From Candidatus Thorarchaeota archaeon (GTDB lineage Archaea; Asgardarchaeota; Thorarchaeia; Thorarchaeales; Thorarchaeaceae): DNA of 64,000 nucleotides. The notes under the pieces are model-generated. The model was not told where the DNA came from, searched no databases, and saw nothing but the letters and a program-made list of their open reading frames with translations. Below, piece by piece: positions 39,605 through 49,229 of this stretch. The stretch spans positions 41,227-105,226 of the forward strand of contig JBHLQM010000004.1 of assembly GCA_048884785.1 (NCBI GenBank), in the 5' to 3' direction. Made by a program: the position numbers and the translations under genes. How positions within the stretch are numbered: the first letter of the stretch is position 1; each line of letters begins with the position of its first letter.

Positions 39605-39682
39605 CCCAGATTCGATGAATACCCTCCGCCTGCAATTGTATATAATGAAGCCACCAAGTTGGCACTAATGAAAAACCTAATA

Positions 39683-39730
39683 TATCTCATGAATGAGATA
39701 GGTATATAGATATATCTTGACAATGAGATA
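39683..39730. promoter_or_regulatory. Two copies, 30 bp apart, of palindromic operator TATCTCA-N4-TGAGATA
   Basis: 39683-39700 perfect; 39713-39730 TATCTTG-ACAA-TGAGATA. Confidence 0.65.
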
Positions 39731-39742
39731 GGAGCTATAGAA

Positions 39743-40615
39743 ATGAGTATCCCATTTGAAATAGGGAAGGGATCTGGTCATCCTCATATCCCTGTACTTG
39801 TTAATGGAAAAGGCCCATTCACATTCACTCTTGATACGGGCGCCGTACTGACTTCAATAACGCCTAAACTTGCGGCTGAGTTAGGCATTGAAATATATGA
39901 ACGTGAAAAGGCGATGGCATCAGGAGTTGGTGGCGGTAGAATTGATGTCAAGTTTGCCACAGTTGACTCTATCCAGGTAGGCTCTGAAGTACATGGAAAG
40001 GACGAGGTACTTGTAATCGACTTCGATTCAGTCCTAGGGTGTTTCACTCCGGGAGTTCTAGGCCATTCCTTTCTAAAGAATTACCTTGTTCATGTCAACT
40101 ACAAAACAAAGACTATGAATTTAATAAAATCAAAAGAAGGCAATCCCTCAAACTATAATGGTCTGCCTTGGATTGATTTTGAATATATAGCTGGTACCCA
40201 TCTCATTACTGTTCCAGTATATATTAACAACGAAGGTCCAGTTCATCTCGTAGTTGACACAGGTTCTTCTGGAACTGTTATAACTCCAAAGACGGCTGAG
40301 AAACTTGGCTTCACCAGAGAGAATAAGACTGCTGATGTTCAAGTCAAATCCCCCATTTCTGAGGGATGTTCCAGCGGATGTCAGGGCGTTGGTGGATTTG
40401 CACCTGGGTATGCAGTCCAAGCAAACGCGATTACCGCCGGCTCAAGGACTCAAGTAAACACAACACTTGCGGTAATTGACCTCAATATAGTGAGTTCTTG
40501 TGGATCAACTGTCCATGATGGCATAATCGGCTATCCGTTTCTGAAGGATCTTGAGCTGTACATTGACTATCCGAACAAAAGAATCGCCTTTGTCGATGAA
40601 ATGAGTAACAACTAG
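39743..40615 (+). CDS. Two-lobed retropepsin-like aspartyl protease
   Basis: LDTGA...GVLG and VDTGS...GIIG. Confidence 0.9.
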   Translation: MSIPFEIGKGSGHPHIPVLVNGKGPFTFTLDTGAVLTSITPKLAAELGIEIYEREKAMASGVGGGRIDVKFATVDSIQVGSEVHGKDEVLVIDFDSVLGCFTPGVLGHSFLKNYLVHVNYKTKTMNLIKSKEGNPSNYNGLPWIDFEYIAGTHLITVPVYINNEGPVHLVVDTGSSGTVITPKTAEKLGFTRENKTADVQVKSPISEGCSSGCQGVGGFAPGYAVQANAITAGSRTQVNTTLAVIDLNIVSSCGSTVHDGIIGYPFLKDLELYIDYPNKRIAFVDEMSNN

Positions 40616-40646
40616 ATTTCAACGTGGAGATGGCGAATCATTTAAT

Positions 40647-40664
40647 TGCCTCGTGAATGAGATA
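40647..40664. promoter_or_regulatory. Third operator copy upstream of the wHTH regulator
   Basis: TGCCTCG-TGAA-TGAGATA followed by GG, as in the other copies. Confidence 0.5.
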
Positions 40665-40720
40665 GGTTTGCCAATGTGAGGTGATTCGTCATTTCTTCCT
40701 CGAATAGCCATACCGGGCGA

Positions 40721-41395
40721 TTGAACAAGAAACTAAATCAGATTGAGGATTTCGTACAAATCATTAATCTCGAATCTTGCCTTAGGATATACTCCTATCT
40801 TATGTTGTTTGGGAAGACAACTCCTGCTGAGCTGAGAGATGTAACACAGCAAAGCAAAGCGACAATGTTTCGAAACTTGTCCATGCTATACGATGCAGGA
40901 CTTGTGAAGAAACAGGAAGTGAAATCTGTGGAGGACAAGAGATACAGTCTTCACTATTACATCTCCAAAGATCTCATCGAGGCCGCAAAGAATCTGTACA
41001 CAAAAGAGCTTCATGCGTTTGCAGATGCAATTGGCAAATCTGATCTGATTAGAGCATGGCTTTCTGCTATCGAGGCTCTACCTTTTCTAATGAATCAACA
41101 TACTTCACAGATGATAATGCTCCTTGCACAGAAACCGAAGCTCAAACCAAAAGTGGAACGTACCGTAGTATCAAAGTTTCTAGTTTTCAGATTAGCAGAC
41201 GCAGAAAGGATTGGTGAATTCCAAACCAAACTTCACCAACTAGTTACTGAATTTGATTCTAAGCATTCAATGAAAGATAGGGATTGGAAAAAGCCATTGC
41301 TTAGACCTGTGGCACTTGCAATTGGGATTGTATCGCTAAACCCTGATTCTCTCCCCACAGAGGATGCGACGATGATTGAGATTGAGAAATGCTAG
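40721..41395 (+). CDS. Winged-helix (ArsR/TrmB-like) transcriptional regulator
   Basis: TTPAELRDVTQQSKATMFRNLSMLYDAGLV. Confidence 0.8.
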   Translation: MNKKLNQIEDFVQIINLESCLRIYSYLMLFGKTTPAELRDVTQQSKATMFRNLSMLYDAGLVKKQEVKSVEDKRYSLHYYISKDLIEAAKNLYTKELHAFADAIGKSDLIRAWLSAIEALPFLMNQHTSQMIMLLAQKPKLKPKVERTVVSKFLVFRLADAERIGEFQTKLHQLVTEFDSKHSMKDRDWKKPLLRPVALAIGIVSLNPDSLPTEDATMIEIEKC

Positions 41396-41408
41396 CTCAT
41401 AGAAATTG

Positions 41409-43424
41409 CTACTTGAATTCAAGATTAATTCTGTTCATTATTGAACGACTTGACTGGCCAATCATTAATTCAAAAGTACCAGGTTCAATAACCCATTCAT
41501 GCCTGTTTGCGTCATAATATGCTAGATCTTGAGCTTTAATCTCGACCAAAGCAACCCCTTTTTCACCCGGATTTAAGCTGGTTTTTGCAAACCCGACAAG
41601 TTCCTTCGGAGGTCTATCTACAGATGCTTCAAGATCGTTGGAATATACCTGGACAATCTCACTTCCAGGTCTTTCTCCAGTGTTTTCAATCTCCACTTCT
41701 ATTGCTATACTATCCTTTGAGCCCACCATGATTTCCTTACTTGCATTTGCACTTTCGTATTGAAAATCAGTGTAACTCATCCCGTAGCCAAAGGGATATA
41801 GAGGTTCAATATTCTTCTCGTCGAACCAGCGATAGCCAACATAGATTCCTTCGTCATAGTATACTTTTTTCTCATCATCTCCAGGATATGTTCTCCTGGA
41901 ACCAGAACTATGCGCAGGGGAATCAGCAAGTTTCATCGGAAAGGTGATTGGTAGTTTGCCTGATGGATTCGAGTCCCCAAATAGCACATTGGCAATCGCA
42001 CGCCCTCCTTCCATTCCAGAGTACCAGGGTACTACAATTGCAGGAACCTTCTCTGACCAATCAGTCATCGCTATAGGGCTGCCTGCAATAATAACAACTA
42101 TTGTATTTGAGTTCGCTTCTGCTGTCTGTTTGATTAATTCAATTTGGTCTTTGGGCAGATCTAATCCAAGACGATCGTATGTTTCAGAGTCCATTCCCTT
42201 GTCATGATTCAATCCAACAAATAGAATGGCAACATCTGCATCTGATACATCTGCAGCTTCCCTTACTTTATCTCCCATCTTCTCCCTAATACCTTGAAGG
42301 GGGGTTTTTTCGTATGGCGGTACCACTGCCGAAGAGCCTCCATAGAGCAGTCTTCCGAATTTCTTCTTTAGGTTTGGACCAAGTAGTGCAATGGAATCAA
42401 GCTCATCGAGATGGAGAGGAAGAATGTTTCTCTCGTTCTTCAGAAGGACAGTCCCTTGTTCTCCAATTCTTCTTGACAACTCCTGATGCTCCGCAGTGTT
42501 TAGTGCTCCTGAAGGTAGATCTTTTAGATCTTCAAAAGCCCCGCATAGATACATTCCTCTCAAATACCTACGAACTAAATCATTCAGTGTTTCCTCTGTG
42601 AATTTTCCTTCTCTGAATGCTTCATGAAGGGATTTCATCTTATATCGCGAAGGAACTGGCATTTCAAGTGAGAGCCCTGCATTAATGCACCCGTCAGTAG
42701 TTTCAATTGGGCGGGATGCAAACCAGTCAGAAATAACAAAACCTCTGTATCCCCATCTCTTCATTAGTATATTACGAAGAAGATACCTATTTTCACATCC
42801 ATAAACGCCATTCACTTTGTTATAGCAAGCCATGACCGCCCACGGATCGGCTTCCTTTACAACCTCGCGAAATGCTCTCAGATAGATTTCATGAAGGGGT
42901 CTCTCGCGCACTTCCGAGCTTACAAATCTCCTGTCAATTTCCTGATTGTTAGCCGCAAAGTGTTTTATGCAGGCCCCAATGCCTTGACCCTGAACTCCGT
43001 TAACAAATGGAATGGCGAGCTCTTTTGTTAGGAAGGGATCTTCGCTGAAATATTCAAATGTTCTTCCGCAGAGAGGCGTCCTATCAATGTTAATTCCTGG
43101 GGCAAGAAGCATATGTCTGCCAATGGCTCGTACTTCAGATGCCATCGCTGCACCAGCTCTATGCGCAAGTGATCTGTCCCATGTTGATGCCAGAGCAATT
43201 GTTGCGGGAAATCTTGTGCATTTCCTAAAACCGCCAGAAAGCCTAGAAATCCCTAATGGACCATCTGTCATCTTAAATGCAGGAATACCAACGCGTTTGA
43301 TGGGTTTGGTTGAATAGAGCCTTAGATATCCGGGACTTGTCAAGAGTTGGAATTTCTCTTTGAGTGTAAGCTTCGATAAAAGTTCGCTTGCTTTCAATTC
43401 AGCCTCTTTGGTGCTAGATGCCAT
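41409..43424 (-). CDS. Glycoside hydrolase family 3 beta-glucosidase (cytoplasmic)
   Basis: TDGPLG, GRTFEYFSEDP, KHFAAN, ISDW nucleophile, NPSGKLPITFP, YPFGYGMSYT, Fn3-like tail; start MASS (43424) assumed. Confidence 0.95.
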   Translation of the reverse strand: MASSTKEAELKASELLSKLTLKEKFQLLTSPGYLRLYSTKPIKRVGIPAFKMTDGPLGISRLSGGFRKCTRFPATIALASTWDRSLAHRAGAAMASEVRAIGRHMLLAPGINIDRTPLCGRTFEYFSEDPFLTKELAIPFVNGVQGQGIGACIKHFAANNQEIDRRFVSSEVRERPLHEIYLRAFREVVKEADPWAVMACYNKVNGVYGCENRYLLRNILMKRWGYRGFVISDWFASRPIETTDGCINAGLSLEMPVPSRYKMKSLHEAFREGKFTEETLNDLVRRYLRGMYLCGAFEDLKDLPSGALNTAEHQELSRRIGEQGTVLLKNERNILPLHLDELDSIALLGPNLKKKFGRLLYGGSSAVVPPYEKTPLQGIREKMGDKVREAADVSDADVAILFVGLNHDKGMDSETYDRLGLDLPKDQIELIKQTAEANSNTIVVIIAGSPIAMTDWSEKVPAIVVPWYSGMEGGRAIANVLFGDSNPSGKLPITFPMKLADSPAHSSGSRRTYPGDDEKKVYYDEGIYVGYRWFDEKNIEPLYPFGYGMSYTDFQYESANASKEIMVGSKDSIAIEVEIENTGERPGSEIVQVYSNDLEASVDRPPKELVGFAKTSLNPGEKGVALVEIKAQDLAYYDANRHEWVIEPGTFELMIGQSSRSIMNRINLEFK

Positions 43425-43579
43425 GCATTGCCATAAGATGCTACGCATGATATCAATGTTTGGAGCTCCAAAACCTAGTATCTAGTATTTTGGTGGTCTT
43501 ATTGGCTTTTTGCCAGATGAAGCGTCGCTTTAGGTGGCTAGTAGTGCAAAGAACCGATAAAGGGTGAAATAATCTGGAC

Positions 43580-43777
43580 TCAAAGAAGTCCCAATGAACC
43601 AAGTACCAAGAACACAATGAGCGATACTGGTTCAAATATGAGGTATAGAATATTCAATGGTCCTTCTAATCCACCAGGCGAAATAGGGATTATATTTTGC
43701 CAACGCAAAATGGACCAGATAACACCAATTATCAAGTATGCCAGCACAACTATTCCAAGTTTCTTTGCAATACCCAT
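43580..43777 (-). CDS. Small 2-TM membrane protein (65 aa)
   Basis: MGIAKKLGIVVLAYLIIG...; AGGAGA RBS. Confidence 0.65.
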   Translation of the reverse strand: MGIAKKLGIVVLAYLIIGVIWSILRWQNIIPISPGGLEGPLNILYLIFEPVSLIVFLVLGSLGLL

Positions 43778-43917
43778 TTTGGATAATCTCCTTCTCTCTA
43801 GTGCATTAGATTTGAAAATAAACTCTGTTCGTGTGTTACATTTTCTGATTTGAATTCCTATTTCGCCATTGTTATTTAGTTTAAAAAAAGTCACAGATAC
43901 AAGGAAATGATTTCAAT

Positions 43918-44883
43918 ATGGCCGAAATAGAGCTTCGTTCTCTGGGCAAGAGTGACCTGAAAGTAACACCAATTGGTTTGGGTGCAATGCAGTTCTCCGG
44001 CGGTAGAGGTATGTTCCGATATTTTCTCTCTGCACTTCCTCAGGCAACAGTAAATAATGTTGTTGAGGCCGCTCTGAATTCAGGAATAAACTGGATTGAT
44101 ACTGCTGAAATCTATGGCAACGGGGCATCAGAAAAGTCTGTTTCGGAAGCGCTCAGGGTTATCGGAAAGCCTACTGGTGATGTGCTGATCACCACGAAGT
44201 GGTTCCCGCTGTTTAAGACTGCAGGATCTATTCCAAAATCCGCTTCAAAGAGTTCCAGACGTCTTGAGCCTTATCCAATTGACCTTTATCTTGTCCATCA
44301 ACCTTATTCTCTCTCTTCAGTTAGAAACCAGATGGACGGGATGGCGAACCTTGTAGATGAAGGAATAGTGAGGGCAATAGGTGTGAGCAATTTCTCCCGT
44401 GACAAGATGATTGAAGCTGCGGAAACATTGGAGAGTAGAGGTATTCCTCTTGCTGTCAATCAAGTTCGATGGAGTCTTATTGATCGAAGCATTGAGAAAA
44501 ACGGTGTTCTCGAAGCCGCAAAGGATCTGGGTGTGACTGTTATTGCATATACTCCCCTTGGGATGGGCCTATTGACTGGGAATCTTCATCGGAATCCAGA
44601 AGTAATGAACACCATGCCAAGATTCAGAAGAGCTATGCTGAAACGGAATCTGGAAAGGACCCGTTCCTTGATCGAAGCAATTGAAGCAATAGCCAATGAA
44701 GTCAATGCAACTCCTGCTCAGGTTTCCCTAAGTTGGGGAACCAACTTCCATGGTCCTTCAATCGTTGCCATTCCTGGTGCCAGTAAACCCAATCAAGCCA
44801 TACAGAATGCAGGTTCAATGAGGGTTCACTTATCCCGTGAGCAGATGGAAGTGCTAAATGATGCAAGTCTTGGTTTGAACTAG
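43918..44883 (+). CDS. Aldo/keto reductase (on + strand; track strand label is wrong)
   Basis: ATGGCCGAAATAGAG at 43918 on +; IGLGAM, IDTAEIYG, TKW, DLYLVHQP, IGVSNF, IPGA. Confidence 0.93.
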   Translation: MAEIELRSLGKSDLKVTPIGLGAMQFSGGRGMFRYFLSALPQATVNNVVEAALNSGINWIDTAEIYGNGASEKSVSEALRVIGKPTGDVLITTKWFPLFKTAGSIPKSASKSSRRLEPYPIDLYLVHQPYSLSSVRNQMDGMANLVDEGIVRAIGVSNFSRDKMIEAAETLESRGIPLAVNQVRWSLIDRSIEKNGVLEAAKDLGVTVIAYTPLGMGLLTGNLHRNPEVMNTMPRFRRAMLKRNLERTRSLIEAIEAIANEVNATPAQVSLSWGTNFHGPSIVAIPGASKPNQAIQNAGSMRVHLSREQMEVLNDASLGLN

Positions 44884-44972
44884 TGACTAGAATTGGAATT
44901 CCGATTAATTAACTAGAATTGCTAATAAATAGAGTTTGGCGTATTCATATTGGATATAATGAGGAACTTGGA

Positions 44973-45848
44973 ATGACAAGGATTAGCCTTGAATATAGCA
45001 GTCGGAAAGGCACTATTTCAATGCCTCTTGATACTGCCTCAGATACCGTCAAACTTGGACGGAAAAAAATTTCATCAATAATTCTTGACCCATTAAGTGA
45101 TTGCAATAATCTAAGGCGAATTTGGCTTAACGATAATCATCTGACTTCACTTGACTTATCTCCTCTGAGCCATTGTGCCAATCTCGAGATTCTCAGTATC
45201 AGTGGGAATATTTTAGAAAGCATTGATCTAACACCCTTAAAACATTGCAAGAAGCTCGAGGAGCTCTATCTTCAAAAGAATAATCTCGAGTCAATTGAAT
45301 TGGGTCCTCTGAAAGCAGCTCAAGATCTCCGCATCCTCTATCTCGATAGGAACCGAATAAAACGAATGCAGCTTGACCCCCTTGGCGAATGCAGAGCTCT
45401 TCAGGAGATTAGAGTCTGGAGAAATTTAATGCCTTCATTGGACATTTCGGTGCTTTTCTTCCTCCCTGAATTCAGGACACTTCATATCGAAGAAGACAAG
45501 ATTTTGACAATGGATGTTCTTTTGAAGTATGTTTCAGAGCAAATGACGACAAATCTATTCATAAAAGACGCTCTTGAGCACAGAAGGATTGAGTGGCTCG
45601 ATTACACAGCACTGTCTATCCGAAATGGATGGGCAGGGGTACGTTCTCGCCTCTTGGATTTGATTAGTAGAGTTCCCATGCAGTATGGTACCGCCCTAAT
45701 CAGAGGGTTCTTTGAATCCACGGGAATTAATGATGTTCCAGCTGAAAATATTCCATTGCGAGAAGTCCTACTTTCCATTACTGATGACATCGAATCCAGT
45801 GATGCGCTGACATTAATTAGGCAGAAGCTGGAAAAACTGGATGCATAA
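44973..45848 (+). CDS. Leucine-rich repeat protein (on + strand; track strand label is wrong)
   Basis: Tandem 22-aa LxxLxLxxNxLxxIDLxPL repeats; ATG 44973 after GAGG. Confidence 0.88.
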   Translation: MTRISLEYSSRKGTISMPLDTASDTVKLGRKKISSIILDPLSDCNNLRRIWLNDNHLTSLDLSPLSHCANLEILSISGNILESIDLTPLKHCKKLEELYLQKNNLESIELGPLKAAQDLRILYLDRNRIKRMQLDPLGECRALQEIRVWRNLMPSLDISVLFFLPEFRTLHIEEDKILTMDVLLKYVSEQMTTNLFIKDALEHRRIEWLDYTALSIRNGWAGVRSRLLDLISRVPMQYGTALIRGFFESTGINDVPAENIPLREVLLSITDDIESSDALTLIRQKLEKLDA

Positions 45849-45883
45849 TCTTTCCAGACTGGCTTTATCGTTATTTAAGAAAT

Positions 45884-46336
45884 TCATGCCACCTTTTCGA
45901 ATACCAATTCAAACGATAGGGAACCGTCCGGTTCAAAATCTGCGAATCTCAACTTATCTTCATCCGTGATTTCATAGGATATGAAACCCTTTTCGGGGCT
46001 TTTTGCCAGAACAAATACACACTTTCTCTCGGTTAATTCAGTTAAGAGGAATTTCAAAGGTTCATCCTTTTCTTCTGAAGCTACAAACTCCTTGTTAAAA
46101 TGGCGAAGGAAGAATTGAACAGTGTCTGCAACCTCCACCAGTGCCATAATTTCGTAGATGTAAATCTCATCGCCCCTAATCCACCTGAACATACCAGTCA
46201 TATTGCTGCGGGTTTCAATGGTCCATAGTTCTTCCACATAACTATTGCCGAGAGTGCCCCTCCATGTCCCGCTGAGAAACTGGAGGTCTTTTACTCTTGC
46301 GCCAACAAGTGGATTGGTTTTGTGTTTCATATTCAC
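45884..46336 (-). CDS. DUF6265-like protein
   Basis: LQFLSGTWRG...EELW...MTGMFR...LRHF. Confidence 0.65.
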   Translation of the reverse strand: MNMKHKTNPLVGARVKDLQFLSGTWRGTLGNSYVEELWTIETRSNMTGMFRWIRGDEIYIYEIMALVEVADTVQFFLRHFNKEFVASEEKDEPLKFLLTELTERKCVFVLAKSPEKGFISYEITDEDKLRFADFEPDGSLSFELVFEKVA

Positions 46337-46626
46337 ATTTCAGCGTTGGCGCAATTATATGGATTTGGTTGAACGCTGGGGTCAAAGGAACTAGCTGAAT
46401 CTATGATATTTTTGGCATTCAGTTAACAAAATGCACATCCATTTAGGAAGTCGTCCTTTTTGTTTCCCAATCTTCTAACAGGAATAAATATTCAGTTTTG
46501 ATGTAACTACACTGCTCCAAATGGCGAAGCAAAGGCGACAGAATTCATTCTTTAATGGATTGTTGACTTGTTAATCTAAGGCGAGGATTTGAAATAAGCT
46601 CAATCTCTGTTTCCGAAATTGTGGGG

Positions 46627-46654
46627 GAGGGGGGTGACTCCCCCTCTTTTTTTT
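46627..46654 (+). terminator. Hairpin plus T8 terminator with no annotated + strand gene upstream
   Basis: GAGGGGG-GTGACT-CCCCCTC-TTTTTTTT. Confidence 0.6.
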
Positions 46655-46690
46655 CTAGCAACCAAGGCAAAGATATGCTAGAAATGCTGA

Positions 46691-47917
46691 TTATAGAATC
46701 TCTCTCAACCAGTCAAAGATAACTATGTGAAGAAGGTTTAGATTATCTATTTGACAATGAGCTGCTCCTCCTTCCTCCTTTGTCAGAATCCTCAACTGCT
46801 TTTTCGGATTTGGTAGAAGCTCAAAGCATTTTTCCGTTTGCTTCAAAGTGATTTTTGCCTCTGATTCCCCGGCCATACACAAAGTTGGGCAGGATATCTT
46901 TTTCGGGTTAGCACGGGCAAATCGCAAAAATCCCAATCCTTTGGCAAGACGTTTCAGGGTCTGGGCAATTCTGACTCCAAATCTCCAAGCGATTTGTTCA
47001 AACACAATTTTACCAATCGGGTCACCTTTTCCGTGGCCGGACTGCTGTGCGAGTGCTGAGCTGAAAATGTTTGTTGTCGCTGGATTGGCTATTAGAGCTT
47101 TGATACGGGATTCATATTGTGCCCCTCTCAATACTATGTGCCCTCCCCAGCTAAATCCAAATAGAGCTAAATGGTTTTCATTAACTTCATTGCGATTCAG
47201 GGCATAGTCAACAACTGCCATAATTGGAATTTCAGACCTAGCTTCCAGAAAGAGACCTTGGTATGGATTCATCCCCTGACCCGGAAGGTCCACTGCTATT
47301 ATGTTGTATCCCTTCTCTAATGCTGCAGGACCAATCATGAAATAGCAGTCTTCTGCGAATGTTTCAATTCCTCCAACTACTATCATTGTATGTTGTTCTT
47401 CTGTGCTTTTAGCAGATTTGCAGAAATAACCTGCCAGTGTCGTTCCCTGATATGGAACTTGAATAATTTCAATCGGAGGGTCAAATAATGATGCTGCATT
47501 CTCAAAGCAAGTTCTCATTTTGCTTGCGATATCATGAAAGAATGGACTTTGCGGATCCATGATGAATAACGCTGCACGATTATATGTGCATGCACGAAGA
47601 AAACCCGTCCGAGCTTCTTCTTGGTATCCCCTATGCAAATCATCAATAGCTTCTGCCTCTACTTCCTCTGCAAATGTCATCCATGCTTTTTGCCAAGTCG
47701 AAAAATCCCCATCAGTTATTTGAGAAGCTACTTCGAAACACTCTCTTCGTAAACTGCCTTCAGTTGCCTCACGGCCTATAATCCATGAAAAATAATAGTC
47801 CATATCCCTATGGTTAAAGAATAGTTTTTGATCACTACGCTCAGCAATCGACGTTCGGGATTCATCCATGAAATCATGCCGCCCGCCGTGAATCAAAACG
47901 ATTTCGGATATAATCAT
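46691..47917 (-). CDS. Alpha/beta hydrolase (FrsA / 2,6-dihydropseudooxynicotine hydrolase-like)
   Basis: VDLPGQG, nucleophile GFSWGG, EGGAAHCQ; start may be MDES. Confidence 0.88.
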   Translation of the reverse strand: MIISEIVLIHGGRHDFMDESRTSIAERSDQKLFFNHRDMDYYFSWIIGREATEGSLRRECFEVASQITDGDFSTWQKAWMTFAEEVEAEAIDDLHRGYQEEARTGFLRACTYNRAALFIMDPQSPFFHDIASKMRTCFENAASLFDPPIEIIQVPYQGTTLAGYFCKSAKSTEEQHTMIVVGGIETFAEDCYFMIGPAALEKGYNIIAVDLPGQGMNPYQGLFLEARSEIPIMAVVDYALNRNEVNENHLALFGFSWGGHIVLRGAQYESRIKALIANPATTNIFSSALAQQSGHGKGDPIGKIVFEQIAWRFGVRIAQTLKRLAKGLGFLRFARANPKKISCPTLCMAGESEAKITLKQTEKCFELLPNPKKQLRILTKEEGGAAHCQIDNLNLLHIVIFDWLREIL

Positions 47918-47997
47918 GACGCCGTTTTTGTTGCCAATTTGCTATTTACTTACATGAGCTCCCAAGGGTTATTGGCTCTGAATCTATCATTCTCTTT

Positions 47998-48906
47998 TCA
48001 AGTCAAATAGAACATACCATCTGCTGTGGTCCTGACTCTACCAGATACAAGCACATCGGTTTTTTGCTTCTTTCTTACTAGCTGAACTTTGAGTTGACTG
48101 GGTCTATTCATCTCATAGCCTTGTTCAATTACGATTACTTCCCCACCTCTGTGTGACGTAATGACATCATGCTGTTCGAGGTAGGCACCTAGCGGGCCTG
48201 CTGCGCTTCCTGTTGCAGGATCCTCAATTACACCTGCAGAGGGAGCAAACATCCTGGCATGTACATTTGAATCGGTATTCACTGTTTCAGTGGTAAAGAT
48301 CAGCACATCCTGCGAAATCGCTCCTTCAAGGGCTTTAAGTATTGATGAGGGGTTTGGAGATGCCTTCTGAACTGATGCCAGAGATTTCAATGGGATTATC
48401 AGAAACGCATTCCCTGTTGAAACAAAGCTAATTGGATAGTCTTCATCAATTGATTTCTCTGGAAGGCTAATTGCCTTCATTATAGCTCGTGGATTTTCCA
48501 ATTCTCCAAGAAACTCCGGAGGTTTTTGCTTCATGCTGATTGTGTCCTTGCCTAGGAATTCAACACTAATTGGTCCAATCCCGAGTTCCAAGCGAAAATG
48601 ATCGGTCTTTGAGTCGACAATCTTCTGCCGACGCAATACATAGGCGGTTCCTAGTGTTGGATGACCCGCAAATGGAATTTCAAGACCTGGTGTAAAGATG
48701 CGAACTTTGGAGATACAATCCTTCCTTTTTGTTTGAAAAACGAAGGTGGTTTCTGAGTAATTCATCTCTCTAGTAATACCCTGCATTTCTTCATCTGTCA
48801 GCTTCAGATTTGCCTCAGCATTCCAGAATGTAGCTAATTGGTTACCTCCAAAATCATATCTCTTATCAACAAAGACCGAAGTTTGTACAAAGGGTATTTT
48901 TCTCAT
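47998..48906 (-). CDS. PhzF-family epimerase/isomerase
   Basis: GNQLA, SETTFV, EIPFAGHPTLG, EDPATGSA, EQGYEMNRPS. Confidence 0.93.
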   Translation of the reverse strand: MRKIPFVQTSVFVDKRYDFGGNQLATFWNAEANLKLTDEEMQGITREMNYSETTFVFQTKRKDCISKVRIFTPGLEIPFAGHPTLGTAYVLRRQKIVDSKTDHFRLELGIGPISVEFLGKDTISMKQKPPEFLGELENPRAIMKAISLPEKSIDEDYPISFVSTGNAFLIIPLKSLASVQKASPNPSSILKALEGAISQDVLIFTTETVNTDSNVHARMFAPSAGVIEDPATGSAAGPLGAYLEQHDVITSHRGGEVIVIEQGYEMNRPSQLKVQLVRKKQKTDVLVSGRVRTTADGMFYLT

Positions 48907-48953
48907 TTAAAATCGCCTAGCATTCTACAAAGCTAACCTTCTACATAAATTTA

Positions 48954-49005
48954 GGTGCAAAGGCAGATTCTCGTCCGAATTGGTGCAAAGGCAGATTCTC
49001 GTCCG
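48954..49005 (+). repeat. 24-bp exact direct repeat (28-bp period)
   Basis: GGTGCAAAGGCAGATTCTCGTCCG at 48954-48977 and 48982-49005. Confidence 0.9.
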
Positions 49006-49160
49006 CTTTGCTGAAATCAGAATCCTATCAGAATTGTGGTCAAGCGCAGGATGCACGAACTACACTTGAAGAGGCATTGAATATCACTGATTCCCTTGGG
49101 GTTGAAACGCTGAGAAATAAAATCACACATCGAATCAAGGAATTAGATCAACTTCTTTGA
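49005..49160 (+). pseudogene. Start-less C-terminal remnant of a TPR-like helical protein
   Basis: ALLKSESYQNCGQAQDARTTLEEALNITDSLGVETLRNKITHRIKELDQLL*, resembling ALLLKAELRRKQG...APSMKYL at the end of 5711-7192. Confidence 0.6.
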
Positions 49161-49229
49161 AAGATGAATCACCCTCTGACCAAGCAATGAAGTGCTTTGC
49201 AATTCCAAATGTAATTCTCCTGGGCTATT

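Noticed and set aside
43918-45848. ORF track lists the AKR and LRR genes on the minus strand
   Set aside because: The given translations read directly from the + strand (ATGGCCGAAATA at 43918; TTGCTAATAAAT at 44919), so they are annotated as +
48954-49005. Direct repeat as a possible CRISPR
   Set aside because: Only two copies with a 4-bp gap; no spacers or cas genes
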